A stretch of 64,000 bases of DNA from Heptranchias perlo (GCF_035084215.1 NC_090343.1:10292001-10356000), one strand, 5' to 3'; positions 24,766 through 38,439 are shown, numbered from the stretch's first letter. Program-made: numbers and translations. Notes: a model not told the origin generated them from the sequence alone.

Positions 24766-25969
24766 TTGGGATGTTTTATTATATTAAAGACCATATAAAT
24801 TTATGTTATTATTGTACAGATAATCAACTTTACTCTTGATAATTAATTCCATTACTTTACACAGAATTGAAGTAAACACAGGATTGAATCCACGAATGAC
24901 TTGTATTTATATAGCGCCTTCACAACCTCAGGATGTATTGGTGGTGGTGGTGGTGGTGATGATGATGATACTCCAATACCTTACCCAAGTGGGGATTCTT
25001 CAGTTGTGAGACCAGTGAGCATTAGAAGGTTGTTTCACCACAGGAAAGAGTCACACTTGAGCCCAAAACTGTTCTCACCCAACACCATCTACAAACCCCA
25101 TTCCAACAAAGGGTCACTGGGGAGCAATCAGAAGCTCTCCGCTTCTGGATGATTTTCTCTTCCCTGGCCCAGGGCCTCTGAAGCCAAAAGTGTATAATTC
25201 CCACTGTGACTCTGGCTGAAATCAGCTGACTTGAGCACAGACCAAGGATCAAACCTGGAACATTCATTATATAGAATGTACAGCACAGAAACAGGCCTTT
25301 CAGCCCAACTGGCCCATGTCAGTGTTTATGCTCCACACCAGCCTCCTCCCACCCGTCTTCATCTAATCCTACCAGCACATCTTTCTATTTCTTTCTCCCT
25401 CATGTGTTTATCTAACTTCCCCTTAAAGGCATCTATGATATTTGCCTCAGCTATTCCATGTGGTAGCAAGTTCCACATTTTAACCACTCTCTGGGTAAAG
25501 AAGTTTCCCCTGAATTCCCCTGTTCAGTGCCAAACCACATAGTGCAGTTACCTACTGAGCCATCAGCAGAACCTTCCCCTTTTATTAGAGCTAAAGCATT
25601 GCCTTCATTGAAAAACATGGGCAATTCTGATTGGAGATCCAGAAAAGAGGTGCATTACTTTTATTAGATGATGCAATTCAGCACAATTGACATCAATACA
25701 TTTGTAAGAAAACTGACAAATGGCTGACAAACACTTTCATGAAGACAATGTAATCCCATCCCTTATATTCAAGGTATTTTAACCCTTAATTTCTGCTGCC
25801 GCCTTTTCTTCTTCTCCTCCTCTTCCCCATGCTGACTGCTGCATTGTTCCCCCTCGGTTGCTGAGCTCCCTCTGACAGCGGCCACTCACACGGCAGGCCC
25901 GGGCCTTCTCCTGCTCCAGGCAGGTATTTCTCCTCCCTCCCCTCTCTGTCTCACAGCCCCAGCTCTCAC

Positions 25970-26200
25970 CTTATCCTCACAGGCCTTGTTACTCTACAGG
26001 AATTTCCTCCAAACGAAAACTTCCCAAACCGTCAAGAGTGGGTGGAGTAAATTTTCAGCCGCCGATTCTGCGCATGCTCCCTGGTATCCATGGGGAGGAG
26101 AACATCCCGCGGCGGTCCTCCGGTATCCCGGCACTGATCGCGGCTGGGTGAAGCTGACATGGGTGCGGCCATTTTTAGTCCTGGCACCGCTTATGTCATT
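25970..26200 (-). promoter_or_regulatory. Probable TP53RK promoter and non-coding first exon
   Basis: CpG-rich patch, donor-like AG|GTGAGA at 25970/25969, NRF1-like TGCGCATGC (26069-26077) and YY1-like CGGCCATTTT (26166-26175). The coding exon at 21100 has an acceptor, so it needs an upstream exon. Confidence 0.6.
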
Positions 26201-26639
26201 TGGCAGCTGTCAATTATATCTTTGTGTAGGAATTTACAGTTACGCGATTGTCCATGACTTTTTCATTTGTGTTATATCCCAAATATTACGCAGTGAAACT
26301 AGGGCCTACTTTGGAATTTACTCCCTAAACTTCTCCACCTCTCCATATTCCTCTCCTTCTTTAACACCTTACTTAAAACCCATCTGTTTCGCCAAACTTT
26401 TAGTCCTTCCCAATATCTCCTTCTTTGGCTTGGAGTTTAATTTTGTCTGATTTTTGCTCTTGTGATGCGCCTTGGGACGTTTTTCTATATTAACGGAGCA
26501 AGTTGTTGTAGATGAATAAAGTGAACCATAAAATACTTGCAAACACAATATATATTTTCTAAATGAACTAAAAAGAGCAGTTGTATTTATTTTTTACTTA
26601 ACAAGAAAATTACATTTGTTTTCACACGGTTTGAATCAT

Positions 26640-27040
26640 CAGTTGGTATCATCGATTCTCACCTCTGAGTCAGACTCAGAAGGTTGTGGGTTTAAGTCCC
26701 CATCCAGAGACTCGAGCACAAAAGTTAGGCAGACACCTCAGTGCAGTACTAAGAGAATGCTGCACTGTCAGAGGTGCTGTCTTTCAGATGAGACATTAAA
26801 CTGAGGGCCCATCTGCCCTTTCAGGTGAACGTGAAAGATCCAATGGCACTATTCGAAGAAAAGCAGGAGAGTTCTCGCGGAGTCCTAGCAAATATTGATC
26901 CCTCAACCAATATCATTAAAACAGATTAACTGGTCATTATCTCATTGCTGTTTGTGGGACCTTGCTGTGTGCAAATTGGCTGCCACATTTCCTACATTAC
27001 AATAGTGACTACGCTTCAAAAGTACTACATTGGCAATAAA
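26640..27040 (+). mobile_element. SacSINE1/Deu-domain-like SINE
   Basis: Near full-length copy of the family also at 7180, 38440, 51940, 53490 and 57105. Confidence 0.75.
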
Positions 27041-27639
27041 GCAGGCTGCGTTTAGTGACACCACCCGATGTAATTAACAAGATTTGTAGTTGCACTTCCC
27101 GGAAGTGGGAGAACAATAATCAACCAACCCTTTCCCTGGAATGTCCCTTTTCTTAATTAAACGATAAGGAGACACCAGGTTGTCCCACTGTCATCAAAGA
27201 AAACAAACATTTCATTTCTAGAGGGATAGAATTGAAAAGCAGAGAAGTTATGTTAAAAACATAAGAAATAGGAGCAGGAGTAGGCCATACGGCCCCTCGA
27301 GCCTGCTCCGCCATTCAATCAGATCATGGCTGATCTTCAACCTCCACTCCACTTTCCTGCCCGATCCCCATATTCCTTGATTCCCCTAACTTGTTAAACT
27401 TGTATAGAACCTTGGTTAGTCCACACTTGGAGTACCATGGTCTAACGGTTCTGTTCTCCATATTATAAAAAGGATATAGAGCCACTGGAGAAGGTGCAAA
27501 AAAGATTTACTAGGATGATACCAGAACTGAGAGGTTATACCTAGCAGGAAACATTGAGCAGGCTTGAGCAGAGCAATAAAAGCCAACATTCCGTTGGCGT
27601 TCTTGATCACCTGCTGCACCTGCATACTAAATTTGATTT

Positions 27640-30043
27640 TCTGAGCAGAGCATGAAGGGAGCCGCACGAGGAATCAAACAAAAAAAAGTCAAAAGTGACG
27701 TCACAAGACAAGGAGGAGCGCTGAGGGTAAGTCAGTAAGTATTTAGTTCATTGGTTAGTGATTTTAGTGGTTATTGTGGTTATTGGAATTAAAAGGAGTG
27801 GGAGCGGAGGCCCAAGAGCAGAAGGAGCGGGACCAGCGACCAAGAGCAAAGCAGGGACATAAAGCTGAGACCAACTCAAACACAGGCAGAAGTTTGAAAA
27901 AGTGACATCAGCGGACAGCAGGTTGGTGACTAGTTGGTGAGTAATACATTTATTTTGCTCTCTAAGCTAGAGGAGTGGTTTAAACTAGGAACCTATAACT
28001 TGCTAATTCTTTATTAAATGAATAACTTAAACTGGATAAGAACAAGTGAAAGGGAAAAGCGTAGAGCAGCGGAAAGAAAGTGTACTTTAGGCATGACAGA
28101 TAAAATAAAAACTAGAAGGCGTAAGGCAATTAACCCAGCATCAAAGCTGTGGCAGGGGGTCGGGAACCTGAGCAGGGAGACAGAGGAAAGCGTGTCAGGA
28201 AGGGACAGAAGGTATGGAGTAAAAGGTAAAGTGTTAAAAAAGGAAAAAGCAGGAACTCAGTGTCACAAAACATATCTGAAAGTTCTTTATCTGAATGCAC
28301 GTAGCATTCGTAACAAAATGGACGAGTTAACGGCACAAATAACTACGTATGGGTATGATCTTGTGGCCATTACAGAAACATGGCTGCAGGGTGACAACGA
28401 CTGGGAATTAAATATGCCAGGGTATTTAACAATCAGGAAGGACAGGCAGGAAGGAAGGGGAGGTGGGGTGGCTATGTTAATAAAGGAAGGAATCACTGTA
28501 ATACAGAGAAATGATATTGGGACAAAGGATCAGGATAATGAAACAGTTTAGGTAGAGATAAGGAATAATAAGGGGAAAAAAACACTCGTGGGCGTAGTAT
28601 ATAGGCCTCCTAATAGTTGCACCTCTGCTGGATACAAAGATGGGAGGGAAAGTAGAGAGTGAGGAGGACATAAAAAACCTACAAGGGGATATAGACAGGC
28701 TGGGTGAGTGGGATCTGGGGGTCCTAGTGCAAGAAAATCAAATTTAGTATGCAGGTGCAGCAGGTGATCAAGAAGGCCAACGGAATGTTGGCTTTTATTG
28801 CTAGGGGGATAGAATATAAAAACAGGGAGGTATTGCTGCAGTTATATAAGGTATTGGTGAGACCGCACCTGGAATACTGCTATTCAAACAAGAGGTTGTT
28901 ACACAAGATTAGGGCTCATGGGATTGGGGGTAATAGATCAGCATGGATTGAGGATTGGTTAACGGACAGAAAACAGAGAGTAGGAATAAACGAGTCATTT
29001 TCAGGTTGGTAGGTTGTAACTAGTGGGGTGCCACATGGATCACTGCTTGGGCTTCATCTGTTTACAATCTATATCAATGACTTAGATGGGGGGAGCGAGT
29101 GTAATGTATCCAGGTTTGCTGATGATAGAAAGCTAGGTGGGAAAGTAAGCTGTGAGGAGGATGCAAAGAAGCTGCAAAGGGATAAGACAGGTTAAGTGAG
29201 TGGGTGAGAAGGTGGCAGATGGAGTATAATGTGGGGAAATGTGAGGTTATCCACTTTGATAGGAAGAATGGAAAAGCAGAATATTTTTTAAAAGGTGAGA
29301 GACTAAGAAATGTTGGTAGTCAGAGGGATTTTGGTGCCCTTGTACATGAATCACAGAAAGTTAACATGCAGCTACAGCAAGCAATTAGGAAGGCAAATGA
29401 TATGTTAGCCTTTATTGCAAGGGGGTTGGAGTATAAGAATAAAGAGGTCTTACTGCAATTATATAGGGCTCTGGTGAGACCACACCTGGACCACTTGTAC
29501 AATTTTGATCTCCTTACCTAAGGAAGGATATACGTGCCTTAGAGGGGGTGCAACAAAAGTTCACTAGATTGATTCCTGGGATGAGAGGGTTGTCCTATGA
29601 AGAGAGATTGAGTAGAATAGGCCTATATTCTCTGGAGTTTAGAAGAATGACAGGTGATCTCATTGAACTGTATAAAATTCTTAGAGGGCTTGACAGTGGT
29701 GGATGCTGAGAGGCAGTTTCCCCTGGCTGGACAGTCTAGAACAAGAGGTCATAGTCTCAGGATAAGGGGTGGCCCATTTAGGACCAAGATGAGAAAAAGT
29801 TTCTTCATGCAGAGGGTTGTGAATCTTTGGAATTCTCTACCCCAGAGGGCTGTGGATGCTCAATCGTTGAATAAATTCAAGACTGAGATCAATAGATTTT
29901 TGCATGCTAAGGGAATCAAGGGACAGGGGGATAGGGCGGGAAAGTAGAGTTCAAGTAGAAGATCGGCCAAGATCTTATTGAATGGCGGAGGATGCTCAAG
30001 GGGCCGTACGGTCTACTCCTGCTCCTATTTCTTATGTTCTTAT
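27640..30043 (+). mobile_element. Rearranged CR1 LINE composite (5'UTR, APE endonuclease fragment, two RT pieces)
   Basis: LYLNARSIRNKMDEL...DLVAITETWL...DRQEGRGGGVA (CR1 endonuclease), RT segments out of order, and a cttatgttcttatg tail at about 30030-30043. Confidence 0.88.
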
Positions 30044-30049
30044 GACTGG

Positions 30050-30710
30050 AGGTCACCATTGACCAGAAACTTAACTGAACCAGCCACATAAATACTGTGG
30101 CTAGAAGAGCAGGTCAGAGGCTGGGTATTCTGCAGTGAGTAACTCACCTCCTGACTCCCCAAAGCCTTTCCACCATCTACAAAGCACAAGTCAGGAGTGT
30201 GATGGAATACTCTCCACTTGCCTGGATGAGTGCGGCTCCAACAACACTCAAGATGCTTGACACCATCCAGGAAAAAGCATCCCACTTGATTGGCACCCCA
30301 TCCACCACCTTAAATATTCACTCCCTTCACCACCGGCGCACCATGGCTGCAGTGTGTATCATCTACAAGATGCACAGCAACAACTCACCAAGGCTTCTTC
30401 TACAGCACCTCCCAAACCTGCGATCTCTACCACCTGGAAGGACACAAGCAGCAGGTGCATGAGAACACTAACACCTGCATATTCCCCTCCAAGTCACACA
30501 CCAACCTGACTTGGAAATATATCGCCGTTCCTTCATCGTCGCTGAGTCAAAATCCTTTAACTCCCTACCTAACAGCACTGTGGGAGAACCTTCACCACAC
30601 GGACTGCAGCAGTTCAAGAAGGCAGTTCACCACCACCTTCTCAAGGTACAATTAGGGATGGGCAATAAATGCTGGCCATGCCAGCGACGCCCACATCCCA
30701 TGAATGAATA
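30050..30710 (+). mobile_element. 3' fragment of the non-LTR family seen at 10913-12244
   Basis: MEYSPLAWMSAAPTTLK...LNIHSLHHRR is shared between the two; tail cacatcccatgaatgaataaa. Confidence 0.85.
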
Positions 30711-30914
30711 AAGCATAGATAAATTTAAAGGGAAGCTAGATAAACACATGAGGGAGAAAGGAAAAGAAGGATGCGTTGATAGGGTTAGATGAAGTAGGGA
30801 GAGAGGAGGATTGTGTGGAACATAAAGACCGGCATGGACCCATTGGGATGAATGGCCTGTTTCTGTGCTGTAAATTCTATGTAAAAAAAAACCTATCAAA
30901 AATGCCCCCTTTTG

Positions 30915-31260
30915 GGAGGGGCACAACTAATAAAGAACTTAAGCAAAAACAAAGGAAACTTATGAACGTAAATACTATTATTTATACTATCCCCCATGCC
31001 CTTCAGTCTCTGACTTGCCCATCGGTCGCGGAAGGCCTCAAGCATACTGGTCGACACCGCGTGCTCCTTCTCCAGGGCCACCCGAGCACAGGCAAGACTG
31101 CGGAAGAGAGGCAGGCAGCCAAAGCGGCCACCCTCCACAGGCCGCGTCAAACCTGAACCTTTTGGTAGCCACCTTGGCCAGGCCCAGGAGCAGACACACG
31201 AGGTGGTCCACCAACTTGACGCCCCCCCACCCACCGCTCCCCCGGCCCCCGCACCTTGCC
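30915..31260 (-). mobile_element. Tx1-clade L1 3'-end relic downstream of OCSTAMP-A (paralogue at about 57390-57700)
   Basis: LLLGLAKVA...CLPLFR...ARVALEKEHAVSTSMLEAFRDRW resembles Tx1 ORF2 C-termini. Present in both duplicated units. Confidence 0.65.
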
Positions 31261-31542
31261 TGGAATGTGTACTTTGATGCAGTCAACACTACCGAGTGGG
31301 ACTGTACAAGGGGCCGAACTCTGGGGCTCTTCCATTACAATTCTATATGATGTTCTGCATTGAAGTTCTCTACTGCAATGTATAATGCTACAACGCAGCC
31401 CAGCACTAACACTTGGGCCGGGCTCGAGCGACGCCACATATGGCATGTCATTGGCTTGATATTCACATCCGAATTTTTTATTTTATTTCTATCCTCTAGT
31501 TTTTTAATATGTATCCCAAGAAGCCAAGCCAGTAGACCACAG

Positions 31543-31917
31543 TCACATTCTGCAGTGTCTTTCGAAGGTCACAGCGCTGCATTGTTCTGACACAGTGGAA
31601 ATAGCCATATTGTTCTCGAATTGATGTTCTGAAACTTTCAGCACCTTTTGGTGGAGATACTTGATCCTCTCGTCTTCCCGTTGCTCAAAGAAGGTTGCGG
31701 AAATTTTCCTTCGTGCACGCGAGGCATAGGTTTCCAAAAGCACCGTTATATAAGCAATAAAGTGCAGCAGGCAGACAAAGTAGATGATATTGCTGTTTGG
31801 GGGAGACGGCTGCAACATGCAACTATCGGATACAAAGGTGAAATTCCAGTGGAAATCAGCTTCCCGTGTTACTATGTTCTGGGTCTCAGTGACTACTCCA
31901 AGAATCACCATATCCAC
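31543..31917 (-). CDS. OCSTAMP: Osteoclast stimulatory transmembrane protein, copy A, exon 3
   Basis: Acceptor ttttcag|GTG; VDMVILGVV...CMLQPSPP...VLLETYASRARRKISATFFEQREDERIKYLH is the DC-STAMP-family C-terminal motif. 375 bp including stop; AATAAA at about 31477-31487. Confidence 0.9.
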   Translation of the reverse strand: MDMVILGVVTETQNIVTREADFHWNFTFVSDSCMLQPSPPNSNIIYFVCLLHFIAYITVLLETYASRARRKISATFFEQREDERIKYLHQKVLKVSEHQFENNMAISTVSEQCSAVTFERHCRM

Positions 31918-32585
31918 CTGAAAAAGACAATTCATGTTTAAAGTCCTGTCAGAAATAAGGGCATCCATTATACAGAAACGGGATAAACCTGATTGGTCTA
32001 TGGGATGTGAGATTAACAGTGATCCAGCCTTTAGTCTAGAGCCTCATTTACTTGAGAAAGTTTACTTGTTTGTAGTGATATATATAAAATAAATGAATCC
32101 ACTGGAATAACGTTACGCTTGTCAGATTTTCTATTTCTAAACAAATCCTTGTTTCCATTCAGTTCCAATCTTTGAAAGCTTTATAATTTGATATCGTTTG
32201 CCAGAAGTTACTCCTCTATTTGCCCCTGGCCATGGATACTCAAAAAATTCTCTCCTATATATCAACCATTTGGATCCCTCTATTCAGTTCCTGCCTTGAA
32301 GTAGCCTGTGCCTCTGCTATAATTTTCTCCCATGTTGTTCACCCATGAAACTCTAACACGTTGTCTCCTAAGAAGGGTATTTCAACTTGGCAATGAACAA
32401 TCTGCTCCAGTTGGAACTCCTCCCAAAAACATAATAAAAAAACAATCCTAACAACACAGTATGTAATTATACAATACTGTGCATCATTAAATTTACTCAT
32501 AGAGATGGTTGTCTTGCAAGAATTTCACAGAAAATGATATAGCTCATTTTGACATGAATGATTAGAAAACACCGCACCATGTATA

Positions 32586-32815
32586 GAACATAAGAACATA
32601 AGAAATAGGAGCAGGAGTAGCATACGGCCCCTCGAGCCTGCTCCACCATTCAATGAGATGATGGCTGATCTTCTACCTCAACTCCACTTTCCCGCCCTAT
32701 CCCCATATCCCTTGATTCGCTTAGTGTCCAAATATCCATCTATCTCAGTCGTGAATATACTCAATGACTGATCATCCACAGCCCTCTGGGGTAGAGAATT
32801 CCAAAGATTCACAAG
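32586..32815 (-). mobile_element. CR1 3' tail fragment
   Basis: cataagaacataagaaataggagcaggagtagg tail and VNLWNSLPQRAV motif. Confidence 0.85.
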
Positions 32816-33197
32816 CCTAGATATTGTGGAGCAGAAGCTAAATAAAAAGGTGACATGATAATGCAAGCTGATAGTGCTAGTATACGGTACAACAAGAAGC
32901 CGTAAATCATCCCAGAATTCCGTACACGGTGAGTGTCCATTCTGAGCCTGTAAGTGACAAAGAGCAGAGGGTGCACCGTGCTTTTTGCTTAGGTAAAAAT
33001 TGTACAGTTAAAGTAATCCCTTTAAGTTTCACACACATTCCTAGCGCAACAGAAGCAGAGAGCCCTTGGAAACAGCTATCTGCCCATCATCTCAATTAGG
33101 GGCATGGAAAGGCCCTGAGGAAGCAAGGGAAATATAATATACTAAATAAAAATCTGGGGAATGGTAAGAATTCCTCTAATCAATGTGTGTTCATAAA

Positions 33198-34500
33198 AAC
33201 ATAAGAACATAAGAAATAGGAGCAGGAGTAGGCCATACGGCCCCTCGAGCCTGTTCCGCCATTCCATAGTATCGTGGCTGATCTTCGACCTCAACTCCAC
33301 TTTCTTGCCCAATCCCCATATCCCTTGATTCCCCTAGAGTCCAAAAATCTATCTATCTCAGCCTTGAATATGTTCAACGACTCAGTATCCACAGTCCTCT
33401 GGGGTAGAGAATTTCAAAGATTCACAACCCTCTGTGTGAAGAAATTATTCCTCATCTCAGTCTTAAATGGTTGACCCCTTATCCTGAGACTATGCCCTCT
33501 AGTTCTAGACTCTCCAGCCAGGGGAAACAACTTCTCAGCATCTACCCTGTCAAGTCCCCTCAGAATCTTGGATGTTTCAATGAGATCACCTCTCATTCTT
33601 CTAAACTCCAGAGAGTATAGGCCCATTCTACTCAATTTCTTCTCATAGGACAACCTTCCTACCCCAGGAATCAATCTAGTAAACCTTCGTTGCACCGCCT
33701 CTAAGGCAAGTATATCCTTCCTTAGATAAGGAGACCAAAACTGTACGCAGTACTCCAGATGAGGTCCCACCAAAGCCCTGTACAATTGTAGTAAGACTTC
33801 CTTACTCTTGTACTCCAACCCCCTTGCAATAAAGGCCAACATGCCATTTGCCTTCCTAATTGCTTGTTGTACCTGCATGTGTTTCTTGTACGAGGACACC
33901 CAAATCTCTCTGGACACCAACATTTAATAGTTTCTCACCATTTGAAAATATTCTGTTTTTCTATTCTTCCTACCAAAGTGAATAACCTCACATTTCCCCA
34001 CATTATACTCCATCCGCCACCTTCTTGCCCACTCACCTAACCTGCCTATATCCCTTTGCAGACTCTTTGTGTCCTCCTCGCAGCATACTTTCCCATCTAG
34101 CTTTGTATCGTCAGCAAACTTGGATACATTACACTCGGTCCCTTCATCTAAGTCATTAATATAGATTGTAAATAGCTGAGGCCCAAGCACTGATCCTTGT
34201 GGCACTCCACTAGTTACAGTCTGCCAACCTGAAAATGACCCGTTTATCCTTACTCTCCGTTTTCTGTCCTTACCCCATCCTCTATCCATGCTAATATATT
34301 ACCCCCAACCCCATGAGCCCTTATCTTGCGTAACAACCTCTTGTGTGGCACCTCATCAAATGCCTTTTGAAAATCCAAATATACTACATCCACCGGTTTC
34401 CCTTTGCTAGCTACATCCTCAAAAAACTCCAATAACTTTGTCAAACACAATTTCCCTTGCATAAAACCGTGTTCACTCTGCCGAATCACATTATGATTTT
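33198..34500 (-). mobile_element. CR1 LINE RT/3' fragment in OCSTAMP-A intron 2
   Basis: YLDFQKAFD, SGVPQGSVLGP, KFADDTK and PHLEYCVQFWSP motifs. Confidence 0.93.
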
Positions 34501-34724
34501 CATAAGCCATGGTAACTGCACTTGTGAACATTTTCCCTGGTCAGTATATCCAGCAAGATCATAAACATGTTCTTTCTTATTTACAATTTCATAAGAATTA
34601 ACGAAGCAGAAAACTTCCAAAAACCCACTTATTGTGTTGTTACGGGTAGCAACCAGAGTAAATCTTCCAACGCCTCATCCTCGGGAGGGAAACAGAACCA
34701 AAAAAAAAGTATAGTCATCTTTAC

Positions 34725-35787
34725 CTTGTATGTAAATCCCACACTGATAGGTACAGGCGGAATCTCAACAATCCAACCCAGGAACTGCGAAGTGAGGCTG
34801 AAGACAAGAAAATCTGTTGCTATGACAATTGCAGACAGCGCTAAGTACACTGTGCTGATCACCATTTGCATCACACATCTGGCTACTTCCTCTGAGGACA
34901 TTTTCAACCCTGTGGATCTGATTAACTTTCTGCTCTTGGTTCGGCATAGTACGGGCTCCCCGTTGCTTGTCTGTACCAGCTGAGCCAGCCTGCTAGTTAT
35001 ATATACGTTGTCAAACTGCAAATTCATCAGATAGCCCCTGAGATACCAAGCTGAACTTATAATCAGATAAAAGAAAACAAAGCCAGCAAGTGCTCTGTTG
35101 GTGTGCAGAGTGGTCTCACTGAGTACGGTCTCAATTGTAGAAAAGTCGCTTTGGATTTCTTTGCCAACAGTTTGTAGATGAGTCTTGACTGCTGACTGAT
35201 TGATGTCTGAATTAAAATTCAATTTTGTTTTCGATGTTCTAAGCTTGCTCTCTGCAATTTTGTCCACGATCGTGATGATATCTGCATCCAGCACATCTTT
35301 AACCTCCCTTACAATGTTGGACGAGTTCATGAGGTTTTCAGTTGAGGTCAGAGCGACACACTCAAGTACTTGGAGAATCATCTTGATATTTCCCAGAATA
35401 TTGGGGATTATGTAGACGGCTACAAGCATGAAGCACGTGGAAAGGAGCAGACCACGACCTTGTTTTGTGCCTAACGTGGGGATCACTATAGTGAACACGC
35501 AGCGCACGGGATGGACCAGGAAGAGAAGCAGGAACATGGTGCCCGCGAACATGCTGGTTATTGTATTGCACATGTGTGCTCTGTATTTCAGAGTTGAAGA
35601 CATCCAGTTGTGGAGCAGGGCACTGCTGATCACAGATATACTTGAACATAACAGAAAGAGGGCAAGCAGTTCTCTCCAGCAGCCTGGAGTAGGCTTGCAG
35701 TAAGCAGTCCACAAGATCTGGATGACTTTCTTCATTTTCTCTGGCCAATTATTCCCGCACAAAAAGGAAGTCTTCAAATTACAGCAT
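34725..35787 (-). CDS. OCSTAMP: OCSTAMP copy A, exon 2 (1063 bp)
   Basis: LVHPVRCVFTIVIPTLGTKQGRGLLLS...PNILGN...QVLECV...SAWYLRGYLMNLQFDNVY aligns by eye to human OCSTAMP (VPPVRCLFALSVPTLGMEQGRRLLLS...SAWYLHCYLTDLRFDNIY). Acceptor ccgcag, donor AAG|GTAAAG, phases 2/0 consistent with the flanking exons. Confidence 0.93.
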
Positions 35788-36699
35788 CTGCGGAGGAAAG
35801 AAATTAATTTTTAGACAACTAAAATGTTCAGATGTTTTTGCAAATCTGCTGAGTATAAATTCATAGAGATCATTAATGGTAAGACCGCACTCACTGTAGG
35901 CAGTACATTTAGAATTGTACACACTGCTTCTAAATTCTGCTTCCATCTCATAACATGTGCAAATTCAATGGGGATCCTAAGCATTTTCCCTCAACAAAAA
36001 ATTTACATTTTGAAATTCAACATTTCTCTCTTAACCAACATCACCAAAAACAAATTATTTGGATATTCATTCAGTTGTTGTTTGTGGGATGGTGTGGCTG
36101 TGTGTAAAATTGGCTGCCACCTGTGCTTAAACAGTAACTGAGCTTCCAAAGTAATCCATTGCTTGTAAAGCGTTTTCAGACATCCTTGGGCTGTGAAAGG
36201 CACTTCACGAATGTGAGTTCTTTCTTTCTCTCTATTTTAAATAGTCCACCTTTTTAATTTTAAACACTTTTTGTTTATTTTAAAAAATAATTTACAAGAA
36301 AATTAAATGATATTTAGGTTTGTCCATTATAAACAGACCAACTGATCACCTCTCCCCCAAAAACTGCTTGAATAGTCATCAAGTGGGACTGAGAAAGTTA
36401 GTTCTTGCAAGATTAATCAGAAAGCTGGCTCTTGCTCATACTGACATGCTTTCAGATCTTTAGCACTTTTACCCTGTGTTTCTTTTTATGCACCTTCTCT
36501 TTCCATTCCTCTGCCCCCTTCTCATTCCCTTCCATCTCCCTCTTTCAAATCCCCCTTCACAGAGGCACTCTCCTCTCCCCCTTCGCAAGGGCTGTTTCTC
36601 CCTTCTGTTCATTGAGGCACTTGGCCTCCCTCCTCCTGCTTCTTGATGGGCTTCTCACTGCCAGCATTGGCTGCAGCTCCTACCCAATGCTACTGCTCC

Positions 36700-36935
36700 A
36701 CAGGTGAATCTGTGGAATTCTCTACCACAGAAGGCAGTGGAGGCCAAGTCATTAGATGTATTCAAGAAGGAGATAGATATATTTCTTGATGCTAAAGAGA
36801 TCAAGGAATATGGGGAAAAAGCGGGAACCGGGTACTGAGTTAGACGATCAGCCATGATCATTTTGAATGGTGGAGCAGGCCCGAAGGGCTGAATGGCCTA
36901 CTCTTGCTCCTAATTTCTATGTTTCTATGTTTCTA
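36700..36935 (+). mobile_element. CR1 3' tail fragment
   Basis: gtgaatctgtggaattctctaccacagaaggc...gaatggcctactc...(tttctatg)n. Confidence 0.8.
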
Positions 36936-38439
36936 TTTCAGGGGAGGACTGTTTCACTGCGGGACAGGATCCGGCAAAAAGCATTGCCATACCAGAACCT
37001 CCCATCCGGAGCTTGCGGTCGAGATCTCTCTTCAGGAGTGAAGCTGCAATGCCAGGAAGGAGCCAGGTCCAACAATGAGGAGTGGATCAGGGAGTGGAGC
37101 TTAGGTATTCCCCCTGGGAGGTGGTCCTGATCCACAAGTTATAAGGTCAGGTGTTGCAACTCAATTAATGTCATAGGATGTCCAATGATCACGAGGTTTC
37201 CAATTTTCCAGTAGACAATGTATATTGGTACTCCACATTGGGTGCAAACCAAGGATTAAAACTTGGGCAAGCAGGTAGAGAGACCTTGCTCAATGCTCTT
37301 ACACATCCTAGACTTGTGTATAATAGAAAGTATAGGGCTGATATTCCTCCCCCGACCCTGAGCCTGGGCGCTAGTCAGGCAGAGTGTATCCAAAGTGATT
37401 TGCCCTGAACTCACTTGTATTTGCAGGCTCAGGTAATTAACCTAGGCCCAATACACCACAATTCCAGGCCTGCCACTTGGCATGGCCTTACGTTTGGAAA
37501 TGGGTGTGGAAATGCAACTGCCAGTGCAGGCCTGAGAGAGGGTAAAACAGTCAGAAGGCTTCACGACTGACCCCTCCCCTGCTGTCCATGAAAGAAAAAA
37601 GGACACCCTTTTCTGACATTCAGGACTTTACTGCCTCCTCCTTTCTGAGGCCCAGTTCTTTTGGTGCTGCCCTGCTGGCATTGGGGAGGAAACTGAAGCA
37701 GGAGGGCTGATTACTTCCCCTCCCCTCTCATTAGCATGTCTGGTTTTTGCTTATGTCATCTGAGGGCGCTAGGACACCATACCTCCTCAGTGAAAACTCT
37801 GGAAATCCCCAGGCATCATTAATGGGGCGGAGACCCAGTGTCATGGGTATGGTAGCATATTGGTTACATATTGGTGGGACCACCATCACCACAAGCACTG
37901 CCGTGATTCAAGGAGAAGGCCCATTATCGTCTTCTCACAGCAAATAGGGATGGGCTACAAATAGGGTCTTGCCCGTGTTGCCCATGTCCTGAGAACAAAT
38001 TTTAAAAACTTTTTGATCAAAATTGATTCAAATAGAATGTGAATAAATTAGGTTGAAAAGCATTTCCTCTTTCAAAGAATGTCCCTATTAAACCATATCC
38101 CCATTAAGTGGTACCAACAGTATCATTTTCAAACTTGCCACCACACCAAAGACTATGATCATCCAGAATCTATACCATACGTGTAACTTTCCTGTTGATG
38201 GATTGTTTTTATTGATTGATTAAGTCGTCCAGAAATTATTATTTACTGTTACATTTTGAGGGTAAGTTTTTGTGCTTTGTGACGCCAGTGATACCAGCTG
38301 GGGAATGGAAAACCTTTCACATTTGCTCCTGCTCCTCAGCAACTCAAATATAACATGAATAAGTGAAAAGTAGAGGCTCATCTACTCTGCCTCAGCAATA
38401 TGTCTTAATCACAAGGCTTGTGTCCCAGCAATATAGAAA

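Noticed and set aside
34629-35777. DCSTAMP, or a single-exon 382-aa gene
   Set aside because: The motifs match OCSTAMP better. The ORF-track ends overrun the splice sites at 35787 and 34725.
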